Part shown: positions 18,098 through 28,035 of the stretch, in pieces | Numbering within the stretch: position 1 is the stretch's first letter | Layout: the number at the start of each line of letters is the position of its first letter | DNA from: Verrucomicrobiota bacterium | GTDB taxonomy: Bacteria; Verrucomicrobiota; Verrucomicrobiia; Palsa-1439 | Direction: 5' to 3' | Assembly (NCBI GenBank): GCA_016871575.1 | Contig: VHCW01000003.1 | Span: 36,835-100,834, forward strand | DNA: 64,000 bases | Position numbers and translations under genes: made by a program | Notes under the pieces: model-generated | Databases searched by the model: none | Seen by the model: only the letters and a program-made list of their open reading frames with translations | What the model was told of the DNA's origin: nothing

Positions 18098-19579
18098 ATG
18101 CCAAAGAGCGTACTCATCATCGGCGCGGGGCCGGGCGGACTGGCTTCGGCGATGTTGCTGGCCAAGGCCGGGCTGGACGTCACCATCATCGAGAAACAAC
18201 CGCGCGTCGGCGGGCGCACCTCGGCCATCGAGGGCGATGGTTACCGGTTCGATCTCGGGCCGACGTTTTTCCTCTACCCGCAGATCTTGGAAGAAATCTT
18301 CGCCGCGTGTGGTCGCGACCTGCACCGCGAAGTGCCGATGAAGAAGCTCGACCCGCAATACCAGCTCATCTTCGGCGCGGGCGGCGAACTGCTGTGCACG
18401 CCGGACATCGAGCGGATGGTGGCCGAGATTGCGAAGATTGCGCCCGACGATGCGCCGCAGTTCCGTCGGTTCATGGATTACAACCGGGTGAAGCTGGAGA
18501 AAATTTCGCCTTGTCTGCAATCGCCGTTCCTCGGCTGGACGAGCCTGCTGCAAGCGCGGCTGCTGGCCGTGCTGCCGTACCTGAAGCCGTGGAAATCGCT
18601 GCACGCCGAACTGGCCGGGTACTTCAAAGATCCGCGCCTGCAACTGGCGTTCACGTTCCAGTCGAAATACCTCGGCATGTCGCCCTTCCAGTGCCCGAGC
18701 TTGTTCTCGATTCTGTCGTTCCTCGAATACGAGCATGGCGTGTTTCACCCGATGGGCGGATGCAACGCGCTCACGGCCGGCATGGCGCGCGTCGCCAACG
18801 AACTCGGCGCGAAGATTCGTCTGAACGAGCCGGTTGAGGAAGTTTTGTTTGAAGGTCGCCGCGCTGTCGGCGTCCGCACCCCGACCGGCGAGCACCGTGC
18901 CGACGCCGTCGTGGTCAATGCCGACTTCGGCCATGCGATGACGAAGCTCGTGCCGAACCGGCTGCGCCGGCGGTGGACGGATGAAACGATTGCGAAGAAG
19001 AAGTTCTCCTGCTCAACATTCATGCTCTATCTGGGCATCGAAGGCCGGTATGACCAACTTGCGCATCACAACATCTACGTTGCAAAAGATTACCGGCAGA
19101 ACCTCGACGACATCGAGAACCGCCACGTGCTCACCGAGGACACATCGTTCTACGTCGAGAATCCGTGCCGGACCGACGACACGATGGCGCCGGCCGGGCA
19201 CAGCACGTTATACGTGTTGGTGCCGGTCAGCCATCAGCATCCGAACATTGATTGGAGCAAGGAGCGCGACCGTTACCGGCAAATGACCCTGCGCCAACTC
19301 GCAAAGATCGGCCTCCACGATGTCGAGCGCCGCATCCGGTTCGAGCGCGTCGTGACGCCCGTCGAGTGGGAGAACAACGTTGGCATCTACAAGGGGGCGA
19401 CGTTCAACCTCGCCCACAACCTCGGCCAGATGCTGCATTTCCGTCCTCAGAACCGGTTCGAGGAATTCGAGCGGATGTATCTGGTCGGTGGCGGCACGCA
19501 TCCCGGCAGCGGGTTGCCGGTGATCTTCGAGTCGGCCAAGATCAGCAGCCGGTTGTTGCGCGAAGATCTCGAACGGTGA
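18098..19579 (+). CDS. Phytoene desaturase family protein (CrtI/CrtN-like)
   Basis: 493 aa. N-terminal IIGAGPGGLASAMLLAKAG FAD motif. Second member of the family in the window. Confidence 0.8.
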   Translation: MPKSVLIIGAGPGGLASAMLLAKAGLDVTIIEKQPRVGGRTSAIEGDGYRFDLGPTFFLYPQILEEIFAACGRDLHREVPMKKLDPQYQLIFGAGGELLCTPDIERMVAEIAKIAPDDAPQFRRFMDYNRVKLEKISPCLQSPFLGWTSLLQARLLAVLPYLKPWKSLHAELAGYFKDPRLQLAFTFQSKYLGMSPFQCPSLFSILSFLEYEHGVFHPMGGCNALTAGMARVANELGAKIRLNEPVEEVLFEGRRAVGVRTPTGEHRADAVVVNADFGHAMTKLVPNRLRRRWTDETIAKKKFSCSTFMLYLGIEGRYDQLAHHNIYVAKDYRQNLDDIENRHVLTEDTSFYVENPCRTDDTMAPAGHSTLYVLVPVSHQHPNIDWSKERDRYRQMTLRQLAKIGLHDVERRIRFERVVTPVEWENNVGIYKGATFNLAHNLGQMLHFRPQNRFEEFERMYLVGGGTHPGSGLPVIFESAKISSRLLREDLER

Positions 19580-19650
19580 CATCGCAAGGGTATTCGCCCA
19601 TTGTTTGCGGGGCGTGACAAGGGAAAGCCCTTTGGCTAGGATGACGGCGC

Positions 19651-21423
19651 ATGGAACCGTGGCCCATTCTTTCAGTGCTGGTGATCGTCGGCGCGACGAT
19701 CTGGTTTTTTGCCGCCGAGAAGTTTCCGGTGGACCTCGTCGCCGTCATGGTGTTGGCGGCGCTGGTGCTTTGCCGGTTGGTCACACCGGTGGAAGGCGTT
19801 TCCGGGTTTGCCAACCCGGCCACGATCACCGTGGCGGCGATGTTCGTCCTCAGCGCGGGGCTGGCGAAAACCGGCGCGGTGTCCAGCGTGGGACGCGCCT
19901 TGGCGGTGATCGGCGTGAACCGCTGGATCTTGTTGCCGGTGATGATGGTGGTGGTGGCGGCGCTCTCGGCGTTCATCAACAACACCGCCTGCGTCGCCAT
20001 TCTGTTGCCGGTGGTGCTCGCGTTGGCCGTCCAGAAAAAAATCGCGCCATCGAAACTGCTCATCCCGTTGTCGTTCGCCTCGCAGTTTGGCGGCGTCTGC
20101 ACGCTGATTGGCAGTTCGCCCAACATCCTTGTCAGCTCGATGGCCGCGCAGGCCGGGCTGGAGCCGTTCTCGATGTTCGAGATGGGCCGGTTCGGCCTGA
20201 TCCTCTGCGGCGCGGGCGTGCTCTATTTTCTTGTCGCGGGACAATTTCTATTGCCGACAGCCGGTGACGCGACCCTGACGGAGACGTACCAGCTCGGCGG
20301 ATACGTGACCGAGTTGCGGGTCATGGAACAATCGCCGTTGATCGGGCGCACGGTGACGGAAGCGCGCGTCGGCGAACGGGCGGGACTGATCGTGCTGGAG
20401 GTGTTGCGGGGCGCGGAGAAAATCATCGCGCCCCACGATGAACTGTTGCAGGCGGGCGACGTGTTGCTGGTGCGCGGCGACATGCAGCGGGTGATGGCGT
20501 TCAAGACGGCGCAGAAACTGGAGATCGCGCCCGAATTCAAGCTCGCGGACGAGACGCTGCGGGCGCGCGACCTGCACCTGACGGAAGTGGTGATCGCGCC
20601 GAACTCGCGCATGGCGGGACAAACGCTGGTGGAACTGGATTTTCGCCGGCAGTTCAGCGCGATTGTGCTGGCCATTCACCGGCACGGCGAGGCGCTGCGC
20701 GACAAACTCAACGCCGTCCGGTTGCAGGCCGGCGACGTCCTGCTGCTTATCAGCGCCCGCGAGCAGGCGCCCCGGTTCCGGGGCAACCCGAATTTCCTCG
20801 TGCTCGACCGCGTCGAGGAACCGTCGTTGCGCCGGCGAAAAGCGCCGGTGGCGCTGTTGATTTTGGCGACAGTCGTGGCGCTGGCGGCGCTCAATCTCAT
20901 GCCGATTGTCGTGGCCGCGTTGTTGGGGTGCATGGCGTTGGTGCTGACCCGGTGCCTGACCTTGGACGAGGCGTACGCCGCCGTGGACTGGAAAGTCATC
21001 GTCGTGCTGGCCGGGGTGTTGCCGCTCGGGCTGGCGATGGAAAAAACCGGCACGGCGCAATTGTTGGCCGACCAGGCGTTGTGGGCCGTGGGCTGGTTGG
21101 GACCGATCGGCGCGCTGACGGTCGTTTATCTCGTCACGCTTTTGTTGTCGGAGATCATGAGCAACACGGCGACGGCGGCGATGATGGTGCCCATCGGGAT
21201 TTCCACGGCGCTGGCGCTCGATGTTTCGCCGCGCCCGTTCCTCATGGCGATTGCGTTTGCCGCCGCGACCTGTTTCGCGACGCCGGTCGGTTATCAGACC
21301 AACCTGATGGTTTATACGCCGGGCGGCTACAAGTTCCGCGATTACCTTCGGGTCGGCATCCCGCTCGACATCCTGCTGACCGCGCTCGCCCTCTACTTCA
21401 TCCCGAAGTTCTGGCCGTTTTAG
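19651..21423 (+). CDS. SLC13/DASS family anion permease with two internal TrkA-C (RCK_C) domains
   Basis: 590 aa. Central soluble region between transmembrane halves, typical of this family. Confidence 0.8.
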   Translation: MEPWPILSVLVIVGATIWFFAAEKFPVDLVAVMVLAALVLCRLVTPVEGVSGFANPATITVAAMFVLSAGLAKTGAVSSVGRALAVIGVNRWILLPVMMVVVAALSAFINNTACVAILLPVVLALAVQKKIAPSKLLIPLSFASQFGGVCTLIGSSPNILVSSMAAQAGLEPFSMFEMGRFGLILCGAGVLYFLVAGQFLLPTAGDATLTETYQLGGYVTELRVMEQSPLIGRTVTEARVGERAGLIVLEVLRGAEKIIAPHDELLQAGDVLLVRGDMQRVMAFKTAQKLEIAPEFKLADETLRARDLHLTEVVIAPNSRMAGQTLVELDFRRQFSAIVLAIHRHGEALRDKLNAVRLQAGDVLLLISAREQAPRFRGNPNFLVLDRVEEPSLRRRKAPVALLILATVVALAALNLMPIVVAALLGCMALVLTRCLTLDEAYAAVDWKVIVVLAGVLPLGLAMEKTGTAQLLADQALWAVGWLGPIGALTVVYLVTLLLSEIMSNTATAAMMVPIGISTALALDVSPRPFLMAIAFAAATCFATPVGYQTNLMVYTPGGYKFRDYLRVGIPLDILLTALALYFIPKFWPF

Positions 21424-22664
21424 GTTCCGGCAGACGACGCGTGCGTGATGGCCACCTCGAAGATTTTTCCGCGACGAAGACGGCGGATCATGAACTCCGT
21501 GTTCTCCACCCGGTACGTGGCGTTCAGTGTCGCATGGGAGCCGAGTTGCCGCAGCAGCCAACTGGAGACGCTCCCGCTGGCGTCCGTCAAGCCCAAGCCC
21601 AGCGTGGCGCCCACTTCGGCGACGGGCACGCCGCCGCCCACCATCCAGGTGCCGGCGCTGAGTTGGTGCATCATGCGTGGCAGACGGTCGAATTCATCCT
21701 CCAGTTCCCCGACCAACTCTTCAATGACGTCCTCCAGCGTGATCAATCCCAGCGTGGTTCCATTCGCGTTGCGAACGATGGCCATGTGCTCGTGGCGCTC
21801 CACAAACACCCTCAACAACTGCGCCGCGGAATCATCGGGCGCGACCAGATAGACCGGGCGAATGATCCCGCGCAGGCTGGGATCCGTCGGGTTGGTCCGC
21901 ACGCGCGCCACCAATTCCTTGAAGTTGATGTAGCCGAGCACGTGGTTGCGGTCGTCGCCTTCGCAGATGGGGAAGCGCGTATGCGGGTCGAGGTGCGCGG
22001 CCACGATGGCCTCGCTGATGGTTTGGTTGGTGGACAGGAACGTCACCTCCACCGCGGGAATCATCACCTCGCTGGCCCGTTTGCTGGCCAGTTGCGACGT
22101 GCCGCGAATGATCTGCTCCTGTTGCGAACTGAGCAGGTTGGACATCCGCGCCAGCCCCGCCAGCGCGGCAATCTCCGTCAACGTGACCGGCGCTGGTTGG
22201 GTCGCGGATCGTTTCGGCTCAAACGGGCGGTTCAGCCAGCGCACCGCTGCAATCACCGGCGCCAATAGTTGCACCAGAAACGCCAGCGGACGGGCCGCGA
22301 CCAAGGCGACCGATTCATTGAACCGCACGCCGAGGGTCTTGGGCAGGATTTCGGTGTACTGCAACATCACCCATGTGAACAACACGGCGAATATCAACGG
22401 GCTTTTATCCCCAAAGGCCTGTTCAAATTGCGCCCCGGCCATTGTTGCCCCAATGGTGTGTGCGGCCGTGTTGAGAATCAGAATGACGGAGATTGGCCGG
22501 TCAATGTGCATCTTGAACTGCTGCCAGATTGCCCCACGCCGGGGATAGCGGCTCGACAGAGACGCCACCTGACTCGGCGTCAAACTCAACAGCGTCGCCT
22601 CCAGCACGGAGCAGAGGAACGACACGCTCAGCGCAACTAACACGCTCACGATTAATAACGTCAT
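21420..22664 (-). CDS. CNNM/HlyC-CorC family transporter (DUF21 + CBS pair + CorC_HlyC)
   Basis: Start MTLLIVSVLVALSV at aa 33 of the track ORF. Domain order is typical. Confidence 0.8.
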   Translation of the reverse strand: MTLLIVSVLVALSVSFLCSVLEATLLSLTPSQVASLSSRYPRRGAIWQQFKMHIDRPISVILILNTAAHTIGATMAGAQFEQAFGDKSPLIFAVLFTWVMLQYTEILPKTLGVRFNESVALVAARPLAFLVQLLAPVIAAVRWLNRPFEPKRSATQPAPVTLTEIAALAGLARMSNLLSSQQEQIIRGTSQLASKRASEVMIPAVEVTFLSTNQTISEAIVAAHLDPHTRFPICEGDDRNHVLGYINFKELVARVRTNPTDPSLRGIIRPVYLVAPDDSAAQLLRVFVERHEHMAIVRNANGTTLGLITLEDVIEELVGELEDEFDRLPRMMHQLSAGTWMVGGGVPVAEVGATLGLGLTDASGSVSSWLLRQLGSHATLNATYRVENTEFMIRRLRRGKIFEVAITHASSAGT

Positions 22665-22674
22665 ACGATTCCTT

Positions 22675-22995
22675 TCATGGTGACGTACCGTCTGGTTGGC
22701 GGACCCCGCGGCAATCCTGTGCGCCCTGCACTGCATCACTGCAAAGTCCAGCGCCAACATCGTCGCTGCCTCCCGTCACGAGATGGCTTCCCCATTGATG
22801 CAGCCATTCCGTCAGGGCCGCCCAGCCCAGCAACAACGTGCTAAAATACACCGCCGTCAGTGTCAACATCAACAGACCAGCCAGAACAAAATAGCCATCC
22901 CGCTCCAACATCGCCGCCGCCAGCAGCACCACTGTCAAGGCCGGCCGGCCGTTGCTGAATGACAGGGGGAAGGGTGACATTTGCGTTTCGGGCAT
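22675..22995 (-). CDS. Hypothetical small membrane protein (2 predicted TM helices)
   Basis: 106-aa ORF directly upstream of the CNNM gene. Hydrophobic stretches present. No recognised family. Confidence 0.25.
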   Translation of the reverse strand: MPETQMSPFPLSFSNGRPALTVVLLAAAMLERDGYFVLAGLLMLTLTAVYFSTLLLGWAALTEWLHQWGSHLVTGGSDDVGAGLCSDAVQGAQDCRGVRQPDGTSP

Positions 22996-23233
22996 CTGCG
23001 CCTAGCAACCCAGACTTTTCTGACAAGAACGCAAGGGGCTGGTGTGATGAGCGGAAGTCAGAATGGCGTCCAGCCACAATCCCTTGGAGTTGGCGCAGAC
23101 GTCCACTTCTTCCCTGACGAATTGCTCTTCTTTTTCGCTGGGTATAATCGGCATGATATCGTGTCTCTTGCGCTAGGCTTGCCTGTGCTGGCGACCTTGT
23201 CAAGGCATTCCGATTCAATCTCCGCCCCGGCGG

Positions 23234-24388
23234 TTACGGTTTTCTCCAAAACCAATGTTGGCTGCGGACGGACTGTTCGACTTTCTTGAAGTGAAGGCGT
23301 TCCTGAATTTCCACGGCCTTGGCGCGGCATCGTTCGGCGCGGTTCGTGTGCCCCAGTTTGTCGTGGGCAACAGCGGCGCCCTCCCATGCCGGCAGGTACA
23401 GGTGATCTTTGGCGAGGCACGCCTCGAATTGCTGGAGCGCTTCCGCGGGACATTCTTTTTCCAACAACGCCTCCCCGTGCGCGCATTGCGCTTCGAGGCG
23501 GTCAAGTTGGAGATCCACTTCCACGCGGATAACATGCTCCGCCTTGACCGTGATGACCGAACAAGGCAGTTCGCGCACCACCTTCTCCGCCACGCTGCCG
23601 AGCAGGATGCGCGGCAAGCCGGTGCGCCCCACGGACCCCATGACCAGCAAGTCGCAACCGGTGTCGCGCACCGCGTTGAGAATCTCCCACGACGGACCGC
23701 CGGCGCGCAGGCTGGGCGTGACCCGCACGCCATTGAGGTGGAACCCGGCCAGGAATCCGTCAAATTCCTTCTGCCGTTCCTGTTGCTTCCGGGCCAGTTC
23801 CTCGGCGGCGGGCGACGGCGTTTGCGCAAACGCCGCCAGCGCGGTGTCGAGCACGTGCAACACGGTCAGGTCGGCGTCGAGTTGCCGGGCGAGATGAATC
23901 GCGTTGGTCAACGCGCGGCGGGACGGATCGGAAAAATCCACCGCGCATAAAATCTTGCGCGGCAGCGCCGGGCTGCCGGGTTTGACCACCCAGACCGGTT
24001 TGTCCGATTTGCGGATCAGCCGCTCGGGGGTCACGCCCAGACGGAACGGGCTGTCCGTCGATTTCTGTTCCGAGCCGACGAAGATGACGTTCACATCCTC
24101 GACATCCGCCCAGTGGATGATGCGGTCGAACGGCGTCCCGTGGGCGATGATGCTTTTGTCCACGCGCAAACCGGCGGTGAGAATCTCCTTTTCCCAATCG
24201 GCGAATTGTTCCCGGATCGGCGCTTGGAGCCGCTCCAGTTCCAGCGGCGCGTCCACCGCGCCCGGAATGACGTGCAGCAACACCAACTTCGACCGGAACT
24301 TCCCTGCCACCGCCAGCGCGGCCCGCAACGCGTCGTGCGCCGCCTCGCTGAAATCAGTGGCCACCAGGATTTTTTCAATCAGTTTCAT
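23234..24388 (-). CDS. Tandem universal stress protein (two UspA domains) with a TPR-like C-terminal tail
   Basis: Both Usp cores are present (ILVATDFSE... and ILCAVDFSDPS...). Overlaps pyk by 14 bp. Confidence 0.75.
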   Translation of the reverse strand: MKLIEKILVATDFSEAAHDALRAALAVAGKFRSKLVLLHVIPGAVDAPLELERLQAPIREQFADWEKEILTAGLRVDKSIIAHGTPFDRIIHWADVEDVNVIFVGSEQKSTDSPFRLGVTPERLIRKSDKPVWVVKPGSPALPRKILCAVDFSDPSRRALTNAIHLARQLDADLTVLHVLDTALAAFAQTPSPAAEELARKQQERQKEFDGFLAGFHLNGVRVTPSLRAGGPSWEILNAVRDTGCDLLVMGSVGRTGLPRILLGSVAEKVVRELPCSVITVKAEHVIRVEVDLQLDRLEAQCAHGEALLEKECPAEALQQFEACLAKDHLYLPAWEGAAVAHDKLGHTNRAERCRAKAVEIQERLHFKKVEQSVRSQHWFWRKP

Positions 24389-25889
24389 GGGATGATTTCC
24401 TTTCGGGAGTTGACCACGAGTGATTACCCGTCAAGCGGATGACCTGCAGCGAATCGGGCGCGCCCGGACCGGACGCGGAGACCACAACGGCCACATCGCC
24501 GGGACACGCCAGCCGGTGCGCCAACAGCCAACGGCTGGCCAGCGCGAGGCGCGTTCGTCTGGTCGCGCGCGCACTGGCCAACAAGGGCGCCACGCCCCAG
24601 ACCACCGTCAACTGCCGGCACAAATGGGCGGCGTCCGACACCACCAAGACCGGCGCGCGCGGTCGGAACCGGGCGATGGCCTGTGCAACGGCAATGTCGC
24701 CGTCGGGCGCGATGATGGCCTTGGCGTTGAGGCGCGCGGCCAGTTGGCAGGTCACCACGCTGAGCGGGTCATCGGTGGAAACCGAGTCGCTTGCCTGAAG
24801 CCGGTCGAGCGCCAGGCGCGTGGCGTATTCGGTCTCGGTGGCCGTGAGCACGCGTTGCAGAATTTCCACCGCCGCCACGGGAAACCGGCCAATGGCGGTC
24901 TCGGCGGACAGCATGACCGCGTCCGTGCCATCGAGCACGGCGTTGGCGATGTCGGTGACTTCGGCCCGCGTCGGTTGTTCGTGCGCGACCATGGATTCGA
25001 GCATCTGGGTGGCGGTGATGACCGGACGCGCCTGTGCATTGGCTGCCGCGATGATGCGTTTTTGCAGGAGCGGGATTTCGGCCAGGTCGGTTTCCACGCC
25101 GAGGTCCCCGCGCGCAACCATCACGCCGTCGGCTGCCGCAACAATCGCGTCGAGATCAGCCAGCGCCTGCCGTTTCTCGATCTTGGCCAGCACCAACGGC
25201 GATGAGCCGCGCGGCAGCAACCGGCGCACGCGCGCCAGATCATCCGCTGACTGGACAAACGACACGCCCAGCCATTCAGCGTGGACAGAGCGGGCAAACG
25301 CGATGTGCCGGCGGTCGGCAGCGGTCGGGACGAGCGGGGCGAGCTTGGATTCGGGAACATTGATCCCGGAGCCGGACCGCACCGTGCCGCCGATGAGCAC
25401 CGCACAACCGATCCGGTCCGCCGCCCGGCTGGTCACCCGCAACCGGATCAATCCGTCGGCCAGATACACCGATTCGCCGGCGTGCAGCGCGCGCAACAAT
25501 TGGCGGTGCCGCACCGGCAGCGCAAACGGCGAGCGGTCGGCTGCCAGGAAAATGTTCTCGCCCGGCCGCAATTCGCGCACGCCGCCGGGCAGGTCGCCCA
25601 ACCGGAACTTCGGCCCCGGCAGATCCATCAACACGGCCACGGGCTGCGCCAGTTGCCGGGCCAGCCGTCGCACCTGTTGAATTCGTCGGGCATGATCGGC
25701 GTGCTGGCCGTGGGAGGCGTTGATGCGCGCCACGTCCATCCCCGCGCGAATCAGCCGTTCCAACACGCCCGGCGGATCGGTTGCCGGTCCCAGCGTGCAG
25801 ACGATCCTGGTTCGGTGCCACGGAGTGATGGCGCCGTCGCGCCCACAAGGACGCGAAGCTGTCGGCGACTGTTTTGTGCTCGTCTCCAT
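24375..25889 (-). CDS. pyk: Pyruvate kinase
   Basis: Start at aa 30 of the track ORF (METSTKQ...RTRIVCTLGP). Motifs ARGDLGVE and MVARGDLG-like are present. Confidence 0.8.
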   Translation of the reverse strand: METSTKQSPTASRPCGRDGAITPWHRTRIVCTLGPATDPPGVLERLIRAGMDVARINASHGQHADHARRIQQVRRLARQLAQPVAVLMDLPGPKFRLGDLPGGVRELRPGENIFLAADRSPFALPVRHRQLLRALHAGESVYLADGLIRLRVTSRAADRIGCAVLIGGTVRSGSGINVPESKLAPLVPTAADRRHIAFARSVHAEWLGVSFVQSADDLARVRRLLPRGSSPLVLAKIEKRQALADLDAIVAAADGVMVARGDLGVETDLAEIPLLQKRIIAAANAQARPVITATQMLESMVAHEQPTRAEVTDIANAVLDGTDAVMLSAETAIGRFPVAAVEILQRVLTATETEYATRLALDRLQASDSVSTDDPLSVVTCQLAARLNAKAIIAPDGDIAVAQAIARFRPRAPVLVVSDAAHLCRQLTVVWGVAPLLASARATRRTRLALASRWLLAHRLACPGDVAVVVSASGPGAPDSLQVIRLTGNHSWSTPERKSSHETD

Positions 25890-25994
25890 ACCGTCTTGTT
25901 CGGTTTGTAACGAGCGGCACTGTACCCGCACGCGACAGAGAAATCCACCGATAACTCCGCAACGCGCTTCTCCCACAATTGCTCCGAGCGATGT

Positions 25995-27503
25995 TCAAAC
26001 GGAATAACGTAAAATCCGCAACGACCGCTTGGGGAGCTGCCATCGTTTCGCAGGTGTGGCGGCGGAGTCATCCGTGGGAACACACGCATCGGTCATCTCG
26101 ATCTGCTGAGTCGAGTGACCGTAGTTGGCCAAGACCAAGAACAGGTCGCGATTGGCAAAAACTGAAGCCACACAGTCTTTTGGCAGAGGGGTGGCGAACA
26201 AGTCCGAATCGGTGATCTCCAGATAAGCCCAAGTTCCTTCTTCGACCAGCGGCAGGTATTGCTTGAGCCAGCGAGCGTGGGCTGGCCGCATCTCGGTATC
26301 GGGCGGAATCGGATCCCAACCGCCATAGATGTAGGGGCCATTCGGATGTTTCTGATGGTATTCCCAGGCCTTGAGGTAGAGTTCTTCTGGTGGCACTCCC
26401 GGCAGGCGGGGAATCGGAATGACAGCGCGTTCTCCGGTGAGAGGCCGTCCGCCTTGCAGCAACGGGAATTGCATATAGGGAATCGAGTGCAAGAAATGAT
26501 CGTTTGTGTCCTCGACCTTGGCTGCGGTCCCTTGGATGCAGGGGACAACGTAAGGCGTATGGTTCTTCGTCGTTTCGCGCAGGCCGTCGGCATTGGCGAC
26601 GCCCTCTCCCACCCAGAGATAGTCGTAAACCTGAAGCCCGCCGGTCTTCGGTTCATTGGCAAAATCGGCGTGCATCTTATAAATGCCGCCGCGTCGCTTC
26701 ACTTCCGAGTAGATGAGACATAAGAGATCGGTCATGGCGCCGTCATACTGCGGCGTTTCCCGGAACGCGACCACCTCATCTTGGGCAGGCTCCTTGATCC
26801 GCTTTTCCGCATTAGGAACATAGCCCCAGTCGTTATAGAGTCCGTCAAGCTCATAATCTTCGAGAATCTGCAACATGCGCGGCAGGAAATACGCGCGCCA
26901 ACCAGGACTGGCCGGCGAGCATCGCGTCAAATCCCACCAGCCGCCGAGTTCATCACCGGGGCGCGCCCATTCCTTGCGGCAGTCCGGATCGCTTTTGACA
27001 AAATATCCGCTCGAAGCATAGGCGAGAATCTTCATGCCGCGCCTGTGTGCCATCCCGACAAAACGGCGAAATCCCTTCGGATTGACCGCCGTCAACTTGT
27101 TGCCGCCAAACAGTCCGTAGCGATCATTCCATTCGTCCATCACATGAATCAACTGGATTCCATGTTGCTTCAACCGATCCAATTCCTGTTCGTCGGCTTC
27201 GCCGGGTTCCCACGGTTGGCGGCTGGGATATTCCCCCATGTTATACACACATTGAGCGGGCAGGTAATTGACGATCAGGTGCTGGCGCAGACATCGGCGA
27301 ATCTTCTGCGTGCCGATGCCAATGTGTGTGAGGCGTCGCCGGTGATCCTCCGCCGTGTAGTCCTTCAAGATCGCAGGCGCAAAGGAAGACCCCCTGCGGG
27401 TGGCGGCGACTGCGTCTGCCAGTGCGGGGCGCGGTTGAGCGGTGGTGGCAGCGCCCGCCACAACAACTTGGACGCTTGTCTTGAGAAATGTCCGACGATT
27501 CAT
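25995..27503 (-). CDS. Tat-exported hypothetical protein, possibly a glycoside-hydrolase-like TIM-barrel enzyme
   Basis: Twin-arginine signal MNRRTFLKTSVQVVVAGAA. 502 aa. Function is not recognisable from sequence. Confidence 0.55.
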   Translation of the reverse strand: MNRRTFLKTSVQVVVAGAATTAQPRPALADAVAATRRGSSFAPAILKDYTAEDHRRRLTHIGIGTQKIRRCLRQHLIVNYLPAQCVYNMGEYPSRQPWEPGEADEQELDRLKQHGIQLIHVMDEWNDRYGLFGGNKLTAVNPKGFRRFVGMAHRRGMKILAYASSGYFVKSDPDCRKEWARPGDELGGWWDLTRCSPASPGWRAYFLPRMLQILEDYELDGLYNDWGYVPNAEKRIKEPAQDEVVAFRETPQYDGAMTDLLCLIYSEVKRRGGIYKMHADFANEPKTGGLQVYDYLWVGEGVANADGLRETTKNHTPYVVPCIQGTAAKVEDTNDHFLHSIPYMQFPLLQGGRPLTGERAVIPIPRLPGVPPEELYLKAWEYHQKHPNGPYIYGGWDPIPPDTEMRPAHARWLKQYLPLVEEGTWAYLEITDSDLFATPLPKDCVASVFANRDLFLVLANYGHSTQQIEMTDACVPTDDSAATPAKRWQLPKRSLRILRYSV

Positions 27504-27618
27504 AGTGAAACCTCCTCAGCCGCGCCGGAGGTCGTGTCCCGGCCCGGCGCATTGCGTTTGCTTTGTCATTGCCGGCGGTGATGGATGTGATGTTCCGCTC
27601 ATGCAGCGGTTCCAACAT

Positions 27619-28035
27619 TCAAAAAGCGTCCCACGGCGGCGTGGCCGATGGCGCCGGCGGCTCGCCGCCGAGGGCGCGACGCACACAGGCCAGCAGTTGT
27701 GTCTTGTCAATCGGTTTGCACAGAAACTCGAACGCGCCTTCGCCGAGCGCGTTGCGATATTGTTCCCAATCGCCATAGGCCGTGATCAGGATGACCGGCA
27801 TGGCGGGGAACGCTTTTTTCAGCGCGGTCAAAAACGGCAGCCCGGTCATGCCCGGCATGGCGATGTCGGTGATGACCAGGTCGAAGCGCGGTGTGTCGCC
27901 TCGCAGCGATGACAGCGCGCTGTCGGCGCTCGGCTGGCCGGTCACGGCGTAGCCTTCTTTTTCGAGCGCAAACGTGAGCGCCTTGAGCATCTCCGCGTCG
28001 TCGTCCACAACAAGAATGGATTGGGGATTGTTCAT
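27619..28035 (-). CDS. Stand-alone response regulator receiver domain protein
   Basis: Starts ILVVDDD; phospho-accepting Asp in LVITDIAMPGMTG. Overlaps the upstream HK stop by 4 bp. Confidence 0.8.
   Translation of the reverse strand: MNNPQSILVVDDDAEMLKALTFALEKEGYAVTGQPSADSALSSLRGDTPRFDLVITDIAMPGMTGLPFLTALKKAFPAMPVILITAYGDWEQYRNALGEGAFEFLCKPIDKTQLLACVRRALGGEPPAPSATPPWDAF

Noticed and set aside
20248-21561. 437-aa minus-strand ORF
   Set aside because: Antisense to the SLC13 permease. His/Arg-rich low-complexity translation.
23130-23150. TATAAT-like hexamer (GGGTATAATCGG) in the intergenic region upstream of usp
   Set aside because: There is no + strand gene downstream for it to drive and only a weak -35. 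Probably fortuitous.
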